DNA from: Psammoneis japonica
Taxonomy: Eukaryota
Reading direction: 5' to 3'
Length of the DNA stretch: 64,000 bases
Assembly (NCBI GenBank): GCA_008632985.1
Contig: QPGO01000027.1
Span: 310,001 to 374,000 of the forward strand
Made by a program: the position numbers and the translations under genes. The notes under the pieces are model-generated. The model was not told the DNA's origin. It did not search any database and worked only from the letters and a program-made list of their open reading frames with translations. Below are positions 37,401 through 49,233 of this stretch, piece after piece. Position 1 is the stretch's first letter. Each line of letters starts with the position of its first letter.

Positions 37401-39157
37401 AAAGAACACTACGACATCTCGTTGTCATACGTTACTATTATCGAGACATGTAGTCTCAACGATCTCCTGTACAATACTAGCCAAATTCACCTCAATAAAG
37501 GTCAAACGGCAAAAGTACAAGTACGGAACGAAAAGTCTCCGAAAATATGGAGCGTATCAAATCAAAAACTATGTTGTTATCATACACGTATTTCAATATT
37601 ATACGTTACAACGGAAAAAAGAACTTCTGTCCATAGTGAAAACACTTATAAAATTCCGAAATATACTGTTTGGCCAACAGATTTATACATATACGGATCA
37701 TAAGACACAACGGACAAAGTCATACGTTGACAACTTCAGTCCCGAATTAGAATACAACGAGGGCAAGGCGAACATCGTCGCGATAGACGCGATCAGCCGA
37801 CTTACTATAGAAAATTGAATCCTACGACAATGTCCTACCGTTAAAACGGGATAAAGACATTCCCTCCAAATTGTCGGACGCGACATATCATACGAACACT
37901 TTTCGTGGAGGCGAGCGAGATCGAAAAATGCTCATGTCACAAGGATAAAATCGCCTTTTTAAAGGACGATTTAGGAAAAAACAGTGACAGATTGGTGCAC
38001 ATTATACGCATCCACTTCACACTGGCAAAAGACAATCTCACAACACCCGTACGGTTGTATTGTACAATGTACGAGGCAAGACATTAAAACACACATCATG
38101 TCGACACACGAGATGTGCCAAAGATCTAGAAAAAGAAAAGAAAAATGGACATTTGTCCACTTGGTGCACGAAACCAATGCCTTCGGAATGACAAAATGAC
38201 ACCGGCATGTCAGAAAGAAACGTCCAAATGACGATTAAAATCCAACTGACAGATGGTTGAAGTGCAAAAAAAAAAATCCACAATGGAATTCACAACCATC
38301 ACAGGATTGATCATCAAGACGAAATGGTCACAATGTCTTTGACCATCGTTTGTTGTTGCTTGTGAAACGTGGCAGTGCAGCAGAGCAACATGGCGTGTAA
38401 AGTGAGCCTGCCAAACTGCATGAAATCCACAAGCAAGCAAGTGAACGCCACAATTGAGAGTGCACATCAAGCACTGGGCACGATGCCATGCACAATCGAC
38501 ATCAGGAAAAACACTTGCTCCAGGACAATTGGTCCTTGTGTTCACATCAACAAGAACGTCAATGAGAATGCTCGACGCAATGCCACGTGCACACATGTTA
38601 AGTGAGAAACAAACAATGTCACTCTCAAAAGACATTCGGAAATTGGAACGGCCCCACATGGCCTGTACAAAACGACAACAGTCATTGCCAATGGCACAAT
38701 GCAGTGAACGTGGAGACATTGTTGGCACTGTCAACATCCGTCGAACAATCCACTTAACAAATGACTCTAATGTGCAGTTGGGGAGGCGAATGCAGTGCGC
38801 GACTGTTGTGTGCATGTTTGTGATTGCACGTCATTTGTGTGTCAATCGCACCACAGTCGTGGATGCGTGCAAAGGACAGAACGATCACACAGAGTTGATC
38901 GGATGTCGAGAATTGCAAACACGATCGATTGACGATGTTGACATCTTGCGTGTCAATGGCAATCGCATCCGGACAATCTGTTGTCACGAATGTGTTCTCC
39001 GAAAGGCCTTTTGTCTGTGGAAGCAGTGCAGAAGCTTTGGGCCATTGAGAACTCATTCGGAGAAACCAAAAATCACAGAGCAAAATCTAATCTCATAATT
39101 TCCACTTTTCGCACACCATTCTACTTTCGTTTACACTCGTTCTTCGAGCATGGTGCA
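34429..39157 (+). mobile_element. Nested, internally degenerate Ty3/Gypsy element (inner element)
   Basis: 367-bp LTRs 34429-34795 and 38791-39157. TSD cttc at 34425-34428 and 39158-39161. PPT ggggaggcgaa. Broken protease (PIDNGTSST), RT (HPLPNIQEILLK, MPWGENEYYGLPM) and RNase H (YTDHK, GKANIV..DAISRL). Confidence 0.93.
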
Positions 39158-39159
39158 CT

Positions 39160-42100
39160 TCTGCTCGTGACTGCGTCGCGAGGGCTGTTGAAATTAATGG
39201 CTGTGTCTCTCAGTTTCCACCCGTGACGGAGGATGGAGAAGCACCGGCACCATTGCCTGGCGACGAACCATGTGATGTGTTCGAGTGCGGTGTGCCGAAC
39301 GCATGGCAGAAGTTCATGACGCTACAGAATTTTGACCCGTTGGCGCATGCTGTCGCCGAATTTGTGCAGTTCTGCGAGCGCACCGAGCAGGTCGAGCTCA
39401 CCGAAGGTAACCGCGACCAACATGCCAGGGTCCCACGCAAGCGGGGACGTAGAACGGACAATCATGAGTCGTTGATCACGACCCAACCGAACACCCATGT
39501 GAAACGTGTCAAAACTGGACATTCCAGTAACGGAGGCAGCAAGCCTAATATAAAACCTCGGAATGAGGAAGACATCAACACACTCATCGGATCGAAGGTC
39601 GAGGAGTTCTTTGCCAACGCTCAGAAAAAGCGCAAGGCACGCGAGGAGGAGCTCAATCACTTCCGCGACCTCAACTTAAGTGATTCCGAAGACTCGGACA
39701 CTTGCCGACACGACACAGGTAGTTTTAATACATTAGATGAATGTATTAATGAACAATTGAATTACCATCGTACACGTGTTGTAAGCCAATCCCGCAAACG
39801 AGTTAAAAAGACTCATCTTACTCCAATCTTGTTTATAGCTATGAACACTAAACATGGCAAGGGCAAGACTCAAACTATTAAGGCACTACTAGATAGTGGC
39901 GCCAGCAGTGCTCTACTCGACAGTCGATACTGTAAACGTCTGCGAAGCCATTCAACGGCTGAGACAAACTGGACTACGGTAGCAGGCTCGTTCAGTACGT
40001 CTAACGACTGTACCGTTAAATTTTGGTTACCAGAATTATACGAAACTGCAGAACTTAAACATACCGTCCACGTACACAACGGAAAGTTGGGCAAGTACGA
40101 TATGATTATTGGACGTGACATTCTGGAGACACAAGGCATTGATATTGTCTTCTCTAAACAGATGATAGAGTGGCCATTAGTCAATGGAGAAGTACCAATG
40201 AGGCACGTAGATGCTACGGTAGAAACCTCCTTCTATCTTCAAGATCCAGAAGCCTTATCTTCGGAAACCAACCGGATTTCGCGTATTTTAGACGCTAAGT
40301 ACGCGCCGGCCTGCCTCGAGGACATAACGAGAGAGGCAATAGAACTTTCTATAGTTCAACAAAACGACCTTTTGGCACTATTGAAACGCCATGAGTCCTT
40401 ATTTGATGGGACATTAGGAGAATGGAAGGGAGAACCCTACCATATCCAACTCAAGGAGGGTGTAGAACCACACCACGCTCGTCCGTATAAAGTACCTCGT
40501 GCGTACGAAGTTACGCTACGTAAAGAAGTAGAACGCCTAGCACGCATCGGTGTTCTCAAACGCGTTAACCGATCCCAATGGGCAGCTCCATCATTTATCA
40601 TACCGAAGAAAGATTTAACGGTACGCTTTATTAATGATTTCAGAGAGCTGAATAAACGGATCAAGCGATTGCCTTGTCCGATTCCTCACATCCAAGATGT
40701 GCCACTCAAGCTCGAAGGCTTTGTGTGGGCTGCATCGCTGGATTTAAACATGGGCTGTCATCACATCCGATTGGATGCTGATGGCAAGAAGCTCTGCACG
40801 CTCATCTTCCCGTGGGGCAAGTGTGAGATGCAGGCATTGCCCATGGGATTGTGCAACTCGCCAGACATTTTCCAAGAACGCATGTCAGGCTTGTTTGAAG
40901 ATCTGTCGTTCGTTCGAACGTGCTTGGATGACCTTCTCGTCGTGACGAAAGGCACCTGTGAAGATCACCTCAACAAACTTGAAGAAGTCTTGTTGAGGGT
41001 CCAGAAAGCAGGGCTAAAAGTTGATGCAACTAAATCTCATTTCTGTCAAACCCAATTAGAGTGCTTGGGCCATCTGGTTGACAGAGACGGAGTGCGACCA
41101 ACACCTGACAAAGTCGACGCCATTGAGCGAATCGTGGCCCCAACCAATGAACGCGACCTCCGCTCATTCATTGGCATGGTGAGCCACTGCCACGACACGT
41201 GGATCAGACGTTCTGAAGTCTTGGCTCCGCTGACACGACTCACAAGCGAGACTGTCAAGTGGGAGTGGACGTCCGTTGAAGATGAGGCATTCGAAACCGT
41301 CAAACGGGTGATGTCGGATGATGTTTCATTGTCACATCCTGATTTTAACAAACCCTTTGAGATGCATGCCGATGCCTCTAAACATCAATTGGGAGCAGCT
41401 GCATCCCAAGACAACAAACCTGTCGCCTTTTGCAGCAGAAAGCTCAACAGTGCGCAATTAAATTGTGCAGCAACGGAGAGAGAATCACCCGCCATTGTGG
41501 AGACGTTGAAAGAATTTCGAACCACTCTCCTTGGTCATCGTGCAATTGTGCACACTGATCATAAAAATCTCACGCACAAAGCATTCAATGCCGAGCGCGT
41601 CATGCGCTGGCGGTTGACATGCGAAGAATGCGGTCCCGAATTATGCTGTGTCAAGGGTGCCCACAACCCAGTCGCTGACGCTCTTAGTCGCCTTCGGCTG
41701 GCACCCAGCTTGCCTTCCCAGGCCAATCCAGATGTGAAAGACACTCCATCGAGTCGTCCTTTACATGAAGCCTTTAATGCAGACGCTCAAGATGAGCCAT
41801 CTCTGCCTGTTGGCTTCAAGCGCATTCAAAAAGCACAACAAAAGGACAAGCGCCTGCTCTCACGAGCTGAGGACTCGTCCGACTGCTCCATTCGCGCATG
41901 TCGTGGGGGAGGGTCATCACGACAGTTGGTCTGTCATAAAGACAAAATTGCAGTGCCACAGTCATTGCAGGTTCCGCCAACTGAATGGCACCATGAGACA
42001 CTGTGTCATCCAGGTGAGACACGTACGGAAATGTCCATTGCCCAGCACTTCTGTTGGCCTGGCATGAGGTCTAAGGTGCACTCTACATGCGTTGAGTGCG

Positions 42101-42954
42101 ATCAATGCCAGAAGACAAAACGCCGAACGCAGCGCTGTGGGAAGCCACCAGAAAAGGTCGCAGAGACAATTCCATGGGAGACTCTGTGCATGGGTGTGAC
42201 AGGGCCATGTAAAATTCAAAGACGCGGAAAGGACACCTTGCAATTGTGGGCAGTCACAATGATTGACCCAGCAACCGGGTGGTTCGAGATTAAAGAAGTG
42301 TCCACGAAACGCGCAGACGTCGCAGCAAACGTCGTGGAACAAACTTGGCTGTGCAGACATCCATGGCCAACCCAGGTGGTTCATGACCGTGGGACAGAAT
42401 TTATGGCAGAATTTGGCCAGATGATTAAAAATGACTGTGGGATTTTGAAGAAACCCATGAGGAAACGGAATCCACAGGCGAATGCCACAGTGGAACGTGT
42501 GCACCAGACACTTGGTGACATGGTGCGTTCCTTTTCAGTGCAGGGTGTGGAACTGGACAAAGATGACCCATGGAGTGGCGTCCTCTCCACAGTGGCCTTC
42601 GCCATTGGAGCTGCGGCACATGCGACCACGCGTGCAAGTCCCATGCAATTGGTCTTCGGACGCGATGCGGTTTTGTCTGTTGCCCATCGTGCCAAGTGGA
42701 AGCACATAGAAACCAGAAAGCAGAAGCTTGTCCACTCAAACAACAAGCGTGAAAATCAGAAACGCAAGGAGCATCAATGTGCCGCAGGGCAATTGGCACT
42801 CATCAAACAGGAACAATCCTCTAAATGCGGTTCTGACAGCTGTGCAGGACCCGCCAGAGTTGTCCGCATGTGTGACAACGGCACGTTGCGCATCCAGAAC
42901 GGAGCGCTGACAGACACGCACAATCTGCGGCAGGTTGCACCCTGTCACCAGTGA
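39160..42954 (+). pseudogene. gag (3' part)-pol ORF of the outer Gypsy; open but with catalytic motifs mutated
   Basis: Protease LLDSGAS; RT LPMGL and CLDD (for YLDD); RNase H ADAS, TDHKNL, VADALSR; integrase HHCC, DRGTEF, VERVHQT. Confidence 0.95.
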
Positions 42955-44223
42955 GACATTCTGTCACTTGACGGCCCTGATCAAGGGGGAGTGTGCAGCA
43001 TGCCTCGCCACTGGACAACACGGCGAGACCGTGCATGAGCCTCTTGTGCATGGCAACGTAGCATTGTTGACATGCACCTGGGAAGCACGACCACAGGAGG
43101 GCGTGGCTCTGGGTCTCAGGCAATTCCAGAAGGATGCTAAGAGAGCATCCGTGTGAAGCACACTGGCCCGTCGTCTGGCCCACGATGGCAGCGTGATTCC
43201 ACACGATGACATCACTTGTGCATGGCGCGTGATGGCTTGATTTGCACGATCCACAATGCGAACGCACGATCGATTCAATGCGATCCAAATGCGAACGAAT
43301 GGGGATTTGGCAAGATTCCCTGTTCGCACGATCCCATTTTCTCTGCTCTAAACCAGCTCATAATTTTCACAACGACAAAGTCGTAACACATCTTCTTTTT
43401 CAGTGCCCAGCACATGCACAGGGCATGCCACATGCAAGACAAAACATGCACACATCTCTGCAGTGGACACCAGCGGTTGACACGTTGTTGGCAATTGACG
43501 AGCTGCAGGGTGCAACATGCCACATCACTGCAATCTGACATGTGCCAACTGTTGCTGCAACATGCAAAAAAAATTCTTAGAGTTGTGCAAAAAAAGTTTG
43601 GTCATTTTAATGTGCGAGTGCTTGTTTTGGTGTTGACATTTTTGCGCCGACTTTTTGACAAAAGCCAAGTTTGGCGCGCTGGTGTCTCCCCCCCACCCCA
43701 CCCCTTTGCCACATTGTTGGTGCTTCTCTAGCAGTTTCTGCTGTGGTGTGAGATGGCTGAGTGCTCATCTTTGTCGCCATTGCTTTTGTGATTGAAGTTT
43801 CTCATGCAGGGAGATTTTGCCCTTTGAATGGCTTCAGACAAAATGTTCGGAGAATGAAAAGAAAAAGATGTGGCACTTGGGCCACCCCAAAGCAGACTTG
43901 CTGCATTTGTTTTTTTTCAAAGCCATGTTACACTCTGGACCTGTCCATGGTTGTGGTTTGAAATGAAAGGACACTCAGGCGTGACCACGCTTTACACAGG
44001 CAGCAGATCTCAAGAGTCAGTCGTGCAATTTTTGGGTAATGGGCCTCCTCGATGTTGTTGACCGTTTTTGGTGGTGTTTGTATTCTTGGACAAGACTGCT
44101 CGAGGGAATAATAAAGCAAAAAAGTGAGCGTGTGTTTGCCCTCATGAGAGGGCGTTGTCGTTTCCGTTGGTTGGTGGTTTCCTTGCATACCCTGGTCGGG
44201 TCACAAAGCACGCTACTAATACT

Positions 44224-46083
44224 ATGTTGTATTATGATGCCATGAGACGGCCGGGAAGCCGCAGGAGGAGACATTCGTCTCATGACGATGTAGAAGCTGT
44301 TGTTCCTTCAGAATGTGAAACCGGGAGTCGAATTGTTGCCGTCGCCGTTGGTGACCATGCCAAGAAGAAAGAAGTGGCTATGATGTACAGGAGGTACAGT
44401 CTTGAGTGTAAACAAAAGGTCTACTCATTTCGAAAGGCTGATTTGTTTCTGATAGTGGCGATGGCAATACGCATCAGTGTACTGATAATCTCCGCTTCCT
44501 CGGCGACGTCAGCTGTGAAAGAGTCCTTTTCCAACATGTCGTTTCGACCACGTACTGTTCCACAACTTGACGAATTTCACTTGTCAGTCAGTTTGGTTGG
44601 TAAATCAGTCGCCCCAGTCCTTTCGCTGCCTTTCAATGAATTGCCTAAATCAACGTCGAAACAAGAAGTTGGCCCTGACTTTGGTGATCTCGAGTTCATT
44701 TCCCTAGGAAATGCAAAAGGGGACTTGTTCAGTCGATTTTTCGATCCTGTTAGTCAGGCTGCTTACGAGGTAACGAAAATGGAAATGATCAAGATGAAGT
44801 CCAACGAAACTGAAAACGATGATAGCGAAACAGATGACTGTCGATCTCCCAACTGGAAATCAGATTACTACCCCAATTGCAATAGCTTTCACGAAATCGA
44901 TGCATCGTGGTCACACAACGACGGCGAAACTTCAGGCGTCAACATTGCATCCCGCCTTGTGGGTCGCGGTGGCTATCGAAACTCCTGGAAGCTCGTATCC
45001 TATACTAATGATCCGTGGATACTAAAGTCGCTCAGAATGCGGAGAAGATTTGGGAAGCGAGACGCCTCTATCGTTCAGCGCGATGCCTTGATTATGGACA
45101 AGTTGAGCTCATCAACAGAATTGTAGATATGTTTGGTCACTGTGGCACATCGGTGTTCGTTGAAGAATTGGATGACGGCTTAGAGGATTGCATCATCCCT
45201 GGTACCGGCTTTATGAATCCGGTCGACCTGGACGATGAAAAGGAAGTGAAGCCGCAAAACAATTTCACGGTGACAGAAAAGCTAGACATTGCCTTAGAAA
45301 TGGCTGAATCGATTGCGGAGTTGCATGGTTACAAGGTGAGATATTTGGTGGATCTAAAATGCTCGAGGTTAGCGAGAAAGAACAAAAGTGCATCCGACAA
45401 CTCATTCCTTTCTTCTTTGATCAGGATGGAGTTATCGTCCATGGAGACATTCAGCCCATACAGTGGATGAGAACAAAACACGGAAAGCTTAAACTGGGGG
45501 ATTTCCATCGTGCAAAAATAATGGATTGGAGCGAAAGCAAGCAAGAATACTGCAAGTTTATTCTCGAAGGCGGTGCAAATGTAAGTGTGTTTCCGCCGTC
45601 ACGATGGGAAAAAATGTGTCCACTACTTCTTCTCACCTAAGACCGTCTCGCTTTGTTTGTTTCACCCATGACAATAATAGCAAAGATCTCCTGAAGAATA
45701 CGACGAAAGAGAATGCAATGAAGCTATCGACGTTTTCAGTTATAGCAACATTATTTACTCCCTTCTAACAGGGCTCTGGATGTTTTACGACAACAAAAAC
45801 TACGATGAAGTTCAGGTACGTCGAATGCTGGGGCTGATTTTCCTTGTAGCAAACAACTAACACAACGAAAAATATGGCTTTGACACTGCAGAAACTTGTT
45901 GTCGCCGGGAAGCTTCCTTATGTAGACGACCGATACCGGACAAGAAGCTTCGTGGAAAGCAAGCTTGTGTCGGTAATGGAAAGAGGCTGGAAATACAATG
46001 CGTCTGATCGGATTGGGATATTTGAAGTTGTGTCGATCCTGCGCCAAGTAAAAGAAGCGAACAAGAAGCGGTCGAACGCATGA
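44224..46083 (+). CDS. Type II membrane protein kinase-like, copy 2
   Basis: Paralogue of 28714-30514 with the same motifs and intron positions; frameshift near 45112. Confidence 0.85.
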
Positions 46084-46108
46084 TGTACGCTGTACACCAC
46101 TGAGTCAT

Positions 46109-49100
46109 CTAGTCCAATGCAATGGCTTGGTCCTCAGCAACAGGCATAGTGTGGACCGCGGTGAAGCTTATGTCTCCGTCGTCGCTTCTCCAGCTTGAGT
46201 TTACTCCACGTCTCCCAACCTTTCCGCGGAGAAAAGCAATAGCAATGGCTGCTGCACCCAGCAACCCAGCAACTGTAGACGCAAATATTGAAGTAGCACT
46301 CAGACTATCCGTAGAAGAAGCAGCCCCAGCAATAAGCACTGGATTCGAGAGGACGTTGCGACATTGAGAAGTCATCAACCTACAGTTGCTGTTTGAGCTA
46401 TCTTGTGCATACGCAACAGATTCGATGCAGTTGACATAGTTCCATCCCCTAATCGAAGATAAAACATAGAGTTAAGGACAACATCGAAATAGCATATCCA
46501 ATGGTCACATTTACTTACCATCCTTCTTCTTGTTCTGGCCGTTAAATGGGGGTGCGGTTTCGCTCGTACACATGTCCCAACAACGGCTTGCAGACAGAGA
46601 CAACTCCTTACCACATCCACTTTCGGTCCATAGTGTACAGGCGGCATCGCAGGCGGCAACATAGTCATCACCAGCGTCAACGGTAACATATTCAGAACAA
46701 AGACCAGAGTTTTCTGTTCGATCGCATTCTGCGAAAGGCCCTACACCCAAGCGGAATCGCAGTCCGTGCTGCAGAATGAGGTGCTTTTTATCATGAGCAC
46801 CCACAAATCGAAGGTCGTTGACTGAAATCGTGACCGTCACTGTTTTCGTTTCACTGGGCAATAGCGTCACTTTTTCAAAGGCTCGTAGGCGCTTGTTCTC
46901 AGGGGTCACCTGCCTGCTCTCATCAAAGGTGAAAAACATTACAACCTCTGAACCTTCCCGGTCACCAGTATTCTGAACGTCCACAGATACGGTCAATGTG
47001 TCATCAAGCTCCTCGACAGCTCGTCGGTCCTGGCCTTCCGATCTATAACGAATTGTGTTGGTACTAATGACTAGATTCGAATACTGAAACGAAGTGTAGC
47101 TCAGACCATGACCAAACGGCCACTGGACCTCACACGGAACATAATTGAAATGCGGCAACTCGCCTTCTCCCTCGGTACACTGCTCTGACACAGCGTGAAA
47201 ATAGGGCGAACCTGCTCCATCTTCAAACTTTGGATACGTAATTGGCAGCCGCCCGCTTGGATTGGCTTTCCCGGCAATCAAGTTCGCAACTGCACGACCA
47301 GCGTCCGGTCCTGGGAGAAAACCGACCAGGACGCCATCGGCAACATCCTATCGAAAAAGAAGATAAAGTAGTCGACCGACAAGAAATATGAATGCGACAA
47401 AAGGTGTAAAACAACAGTCTCTCTTACCACCATGTCTTTGAGGAGTCGGGGACGTCCACCAAAGTATACTAGGATAATCTTTGTATTTGTCTTCTTGATC
47501 GCTCGAAGCAACTCGTACTGTCCATCGGGCAGTGTCAATGATCTAATGTCTCCCGGTTTCTCTGCGTAATCCTCTTCACCGACACAAACCACTACGTAGT
47601 CCACATGAGACGCCTGATCAGAAGCACGCTGAATGGAGCTAGAGTCGTCACTATCGCCAAGACCTATCCAATTTTCAACCGTGTCGACAATGCCTGAATC
47701 ATGCTGACTCCAACCATCTTTGTTTTCATCATCGCTGCATTCGTTTCCAAGAATGTCAACCCCACAACTGGTCGTGACATGCCAAGATTGGCTGGTGCTA
47801 CCAATAGCTTCTACAACGGTTGTACCATACGAGAACCATTTGTCGTCATTGGACGGCACACCGTGAGCTCCTTGCCACTGCCAAGTCCATCCTCCACTCT
47901 GGTACCGCAACGAATTGGAAGTGGGACCCGTGACATGAATCTTAATATCTTCTTGTATATTCAAGGGAAGTACATTGTCTTTGTTCTTTGTCAAGACAAT
48001 ACTCTGCTCGGCTGCATCCAACGCGTCTTGACGCCCTTGGCCGACAACATCCAGATTGGCATTATCCATCGAAATCGTTTCCTCCATCATGCCGAGCTGT
48101 TCCTTGAGAGCCAAGACACGTTGGGCACTTGTATCGATGCGCTTCATGTCTATCAAATTGCTCTTGACTCCATCCAAAACGGCAACTCGAAATCCTTCTG
48201 GATCCAATGGAATCATGCTCATGTCAACAGAACCTTCTTGGAGAGCATGAATGGTTGCATCCGTGTCGGACGACGACACCCTGTGCCAGCTGTGTAGATT
48301 GAGATTTCGGAAAGTCCGTAACTAAAACACCCTCAAATTGCAATTCGTGCCGCAAGAGCCCCACCAGCATGTCGTGGTTTGCCACATTGGGAACGCCGTC
48401 CGTCTCGGTGTAGCTCTCCATAACGGTCAACGGTGCATAATCCTTATCCGTCAGCGCATGACGCCACGGCGGAACAAAGTATTGATACAAGTGCCTTGTC
48501 GGTATCCAACTCGGACTACGATCATGTCCGTGGAGTGGTTTGCTGTATCCAACAAAGTGCTTGGCACAGGCAGCGGCACGAGAAGGAATTACACCCTTTT
48601 CTGCCTTTTGAATACCCGAAATCTGTGCCAAAGCCATGGCACCCGTTAAGTAGGATCTTCTCCAAAGGTTTCATAGACACGACTCCAATTGGGTTCCAGA
48701 GCAATTCCCAGTAGAGGAGAAAAGAGCCATGTAATGCCCGCGCTCGTGTATCGCGACTGGCCATTTCTCCCGCGATCCGTGCGGTTGTTGTGTTCCAAGT
48801 CGCGGCTAAATTGATGGGCTGTGGCGATAGAACCGCACCCTTGATGTAATTGGCACCATGAATGCTATCCAAGCCCCAAATTACGGGAGGTCGATTGTGC
48901 TTTTTTGCAATGGTTTGTATATCAATTATGATTTTCGATAGTCGTTTGCGGATTTGCTCTGACCTACGAAATTGTTGAGTAATGAACCAATTCCAGCGTT
49001 CCAAAGTAGTGTTCAAGTTTCTCGGGGTCAACATTCTTGTCGTCATCCAAGAGAATCGAGACATCAATCTGTGACATTTGACCAATCTTTTCTTCGAGTG

Positions 49101-49233
49101 ACATTTTTTCGACAAGCTTGACGACACGACTCGAGGGCTTTTTTTTCGTGTTGGACGCTTTCTTCAGGCTGAGAGGGTGTTGGCCCATGTTGCTGTGCTC
49201 GTGAGAATGCGCTTCGGTATCGTCGCCTGCCAT
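46109..49233 (-). CDS. Glycoside hydrolase family 3 beta-glucosidase with Fn3-like domain and C-terminal TM helix
   Basis: MSLEEKIGQMSQID, GLDSIHGANY, AACAKHFVGY, FEGVLVTD, GEEDYAEKPGDI, NPSGRLPITYP, PFGHGLSYT, KRLRAFEKV. Introns near 47340-47425 and 46450-46517; several frameshifts; start uncertain. Confidence 0.93.

Larger units (their letters stand above)
33472..43425 (+). mobile_element. Full-length Ty3/Gypsy LTR retrotransposon (outer element), interrupted by a second element
   Basis: 432-bp LTRs 33472-33903 and 42994-43425 (TG..CA). TSD tgcc at 33468-33471 and 43426-43429. PPT aagggggag just before 42994. Domain order gag-PR-RT-RH-IN. Confidence 0.97.

Noticed and set aside
40665..42954. 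Classical RIP or plain CpG decay as the cause of TG/CA richness
   Set aside because: RIP creates TpA and stop codons, whereas here TpA is lost. CpG is retained in this tract while Tyr codons are converted.
39223..42954. Alternative genetic code (Cys/His codons read as Tyr) or an active element
   Set aside because: The same ORF and neighbouring genes use normal TAY Tyr codons; gag is interrupted and catalytic motifs are altered.
33472..43425. ADAR-type RNA editing or RT error during retrotransposition
   Set aside because: Both A to G and T to C occur on the same strand, paired LTRs differ from each other, and DNA transposons are also affected.
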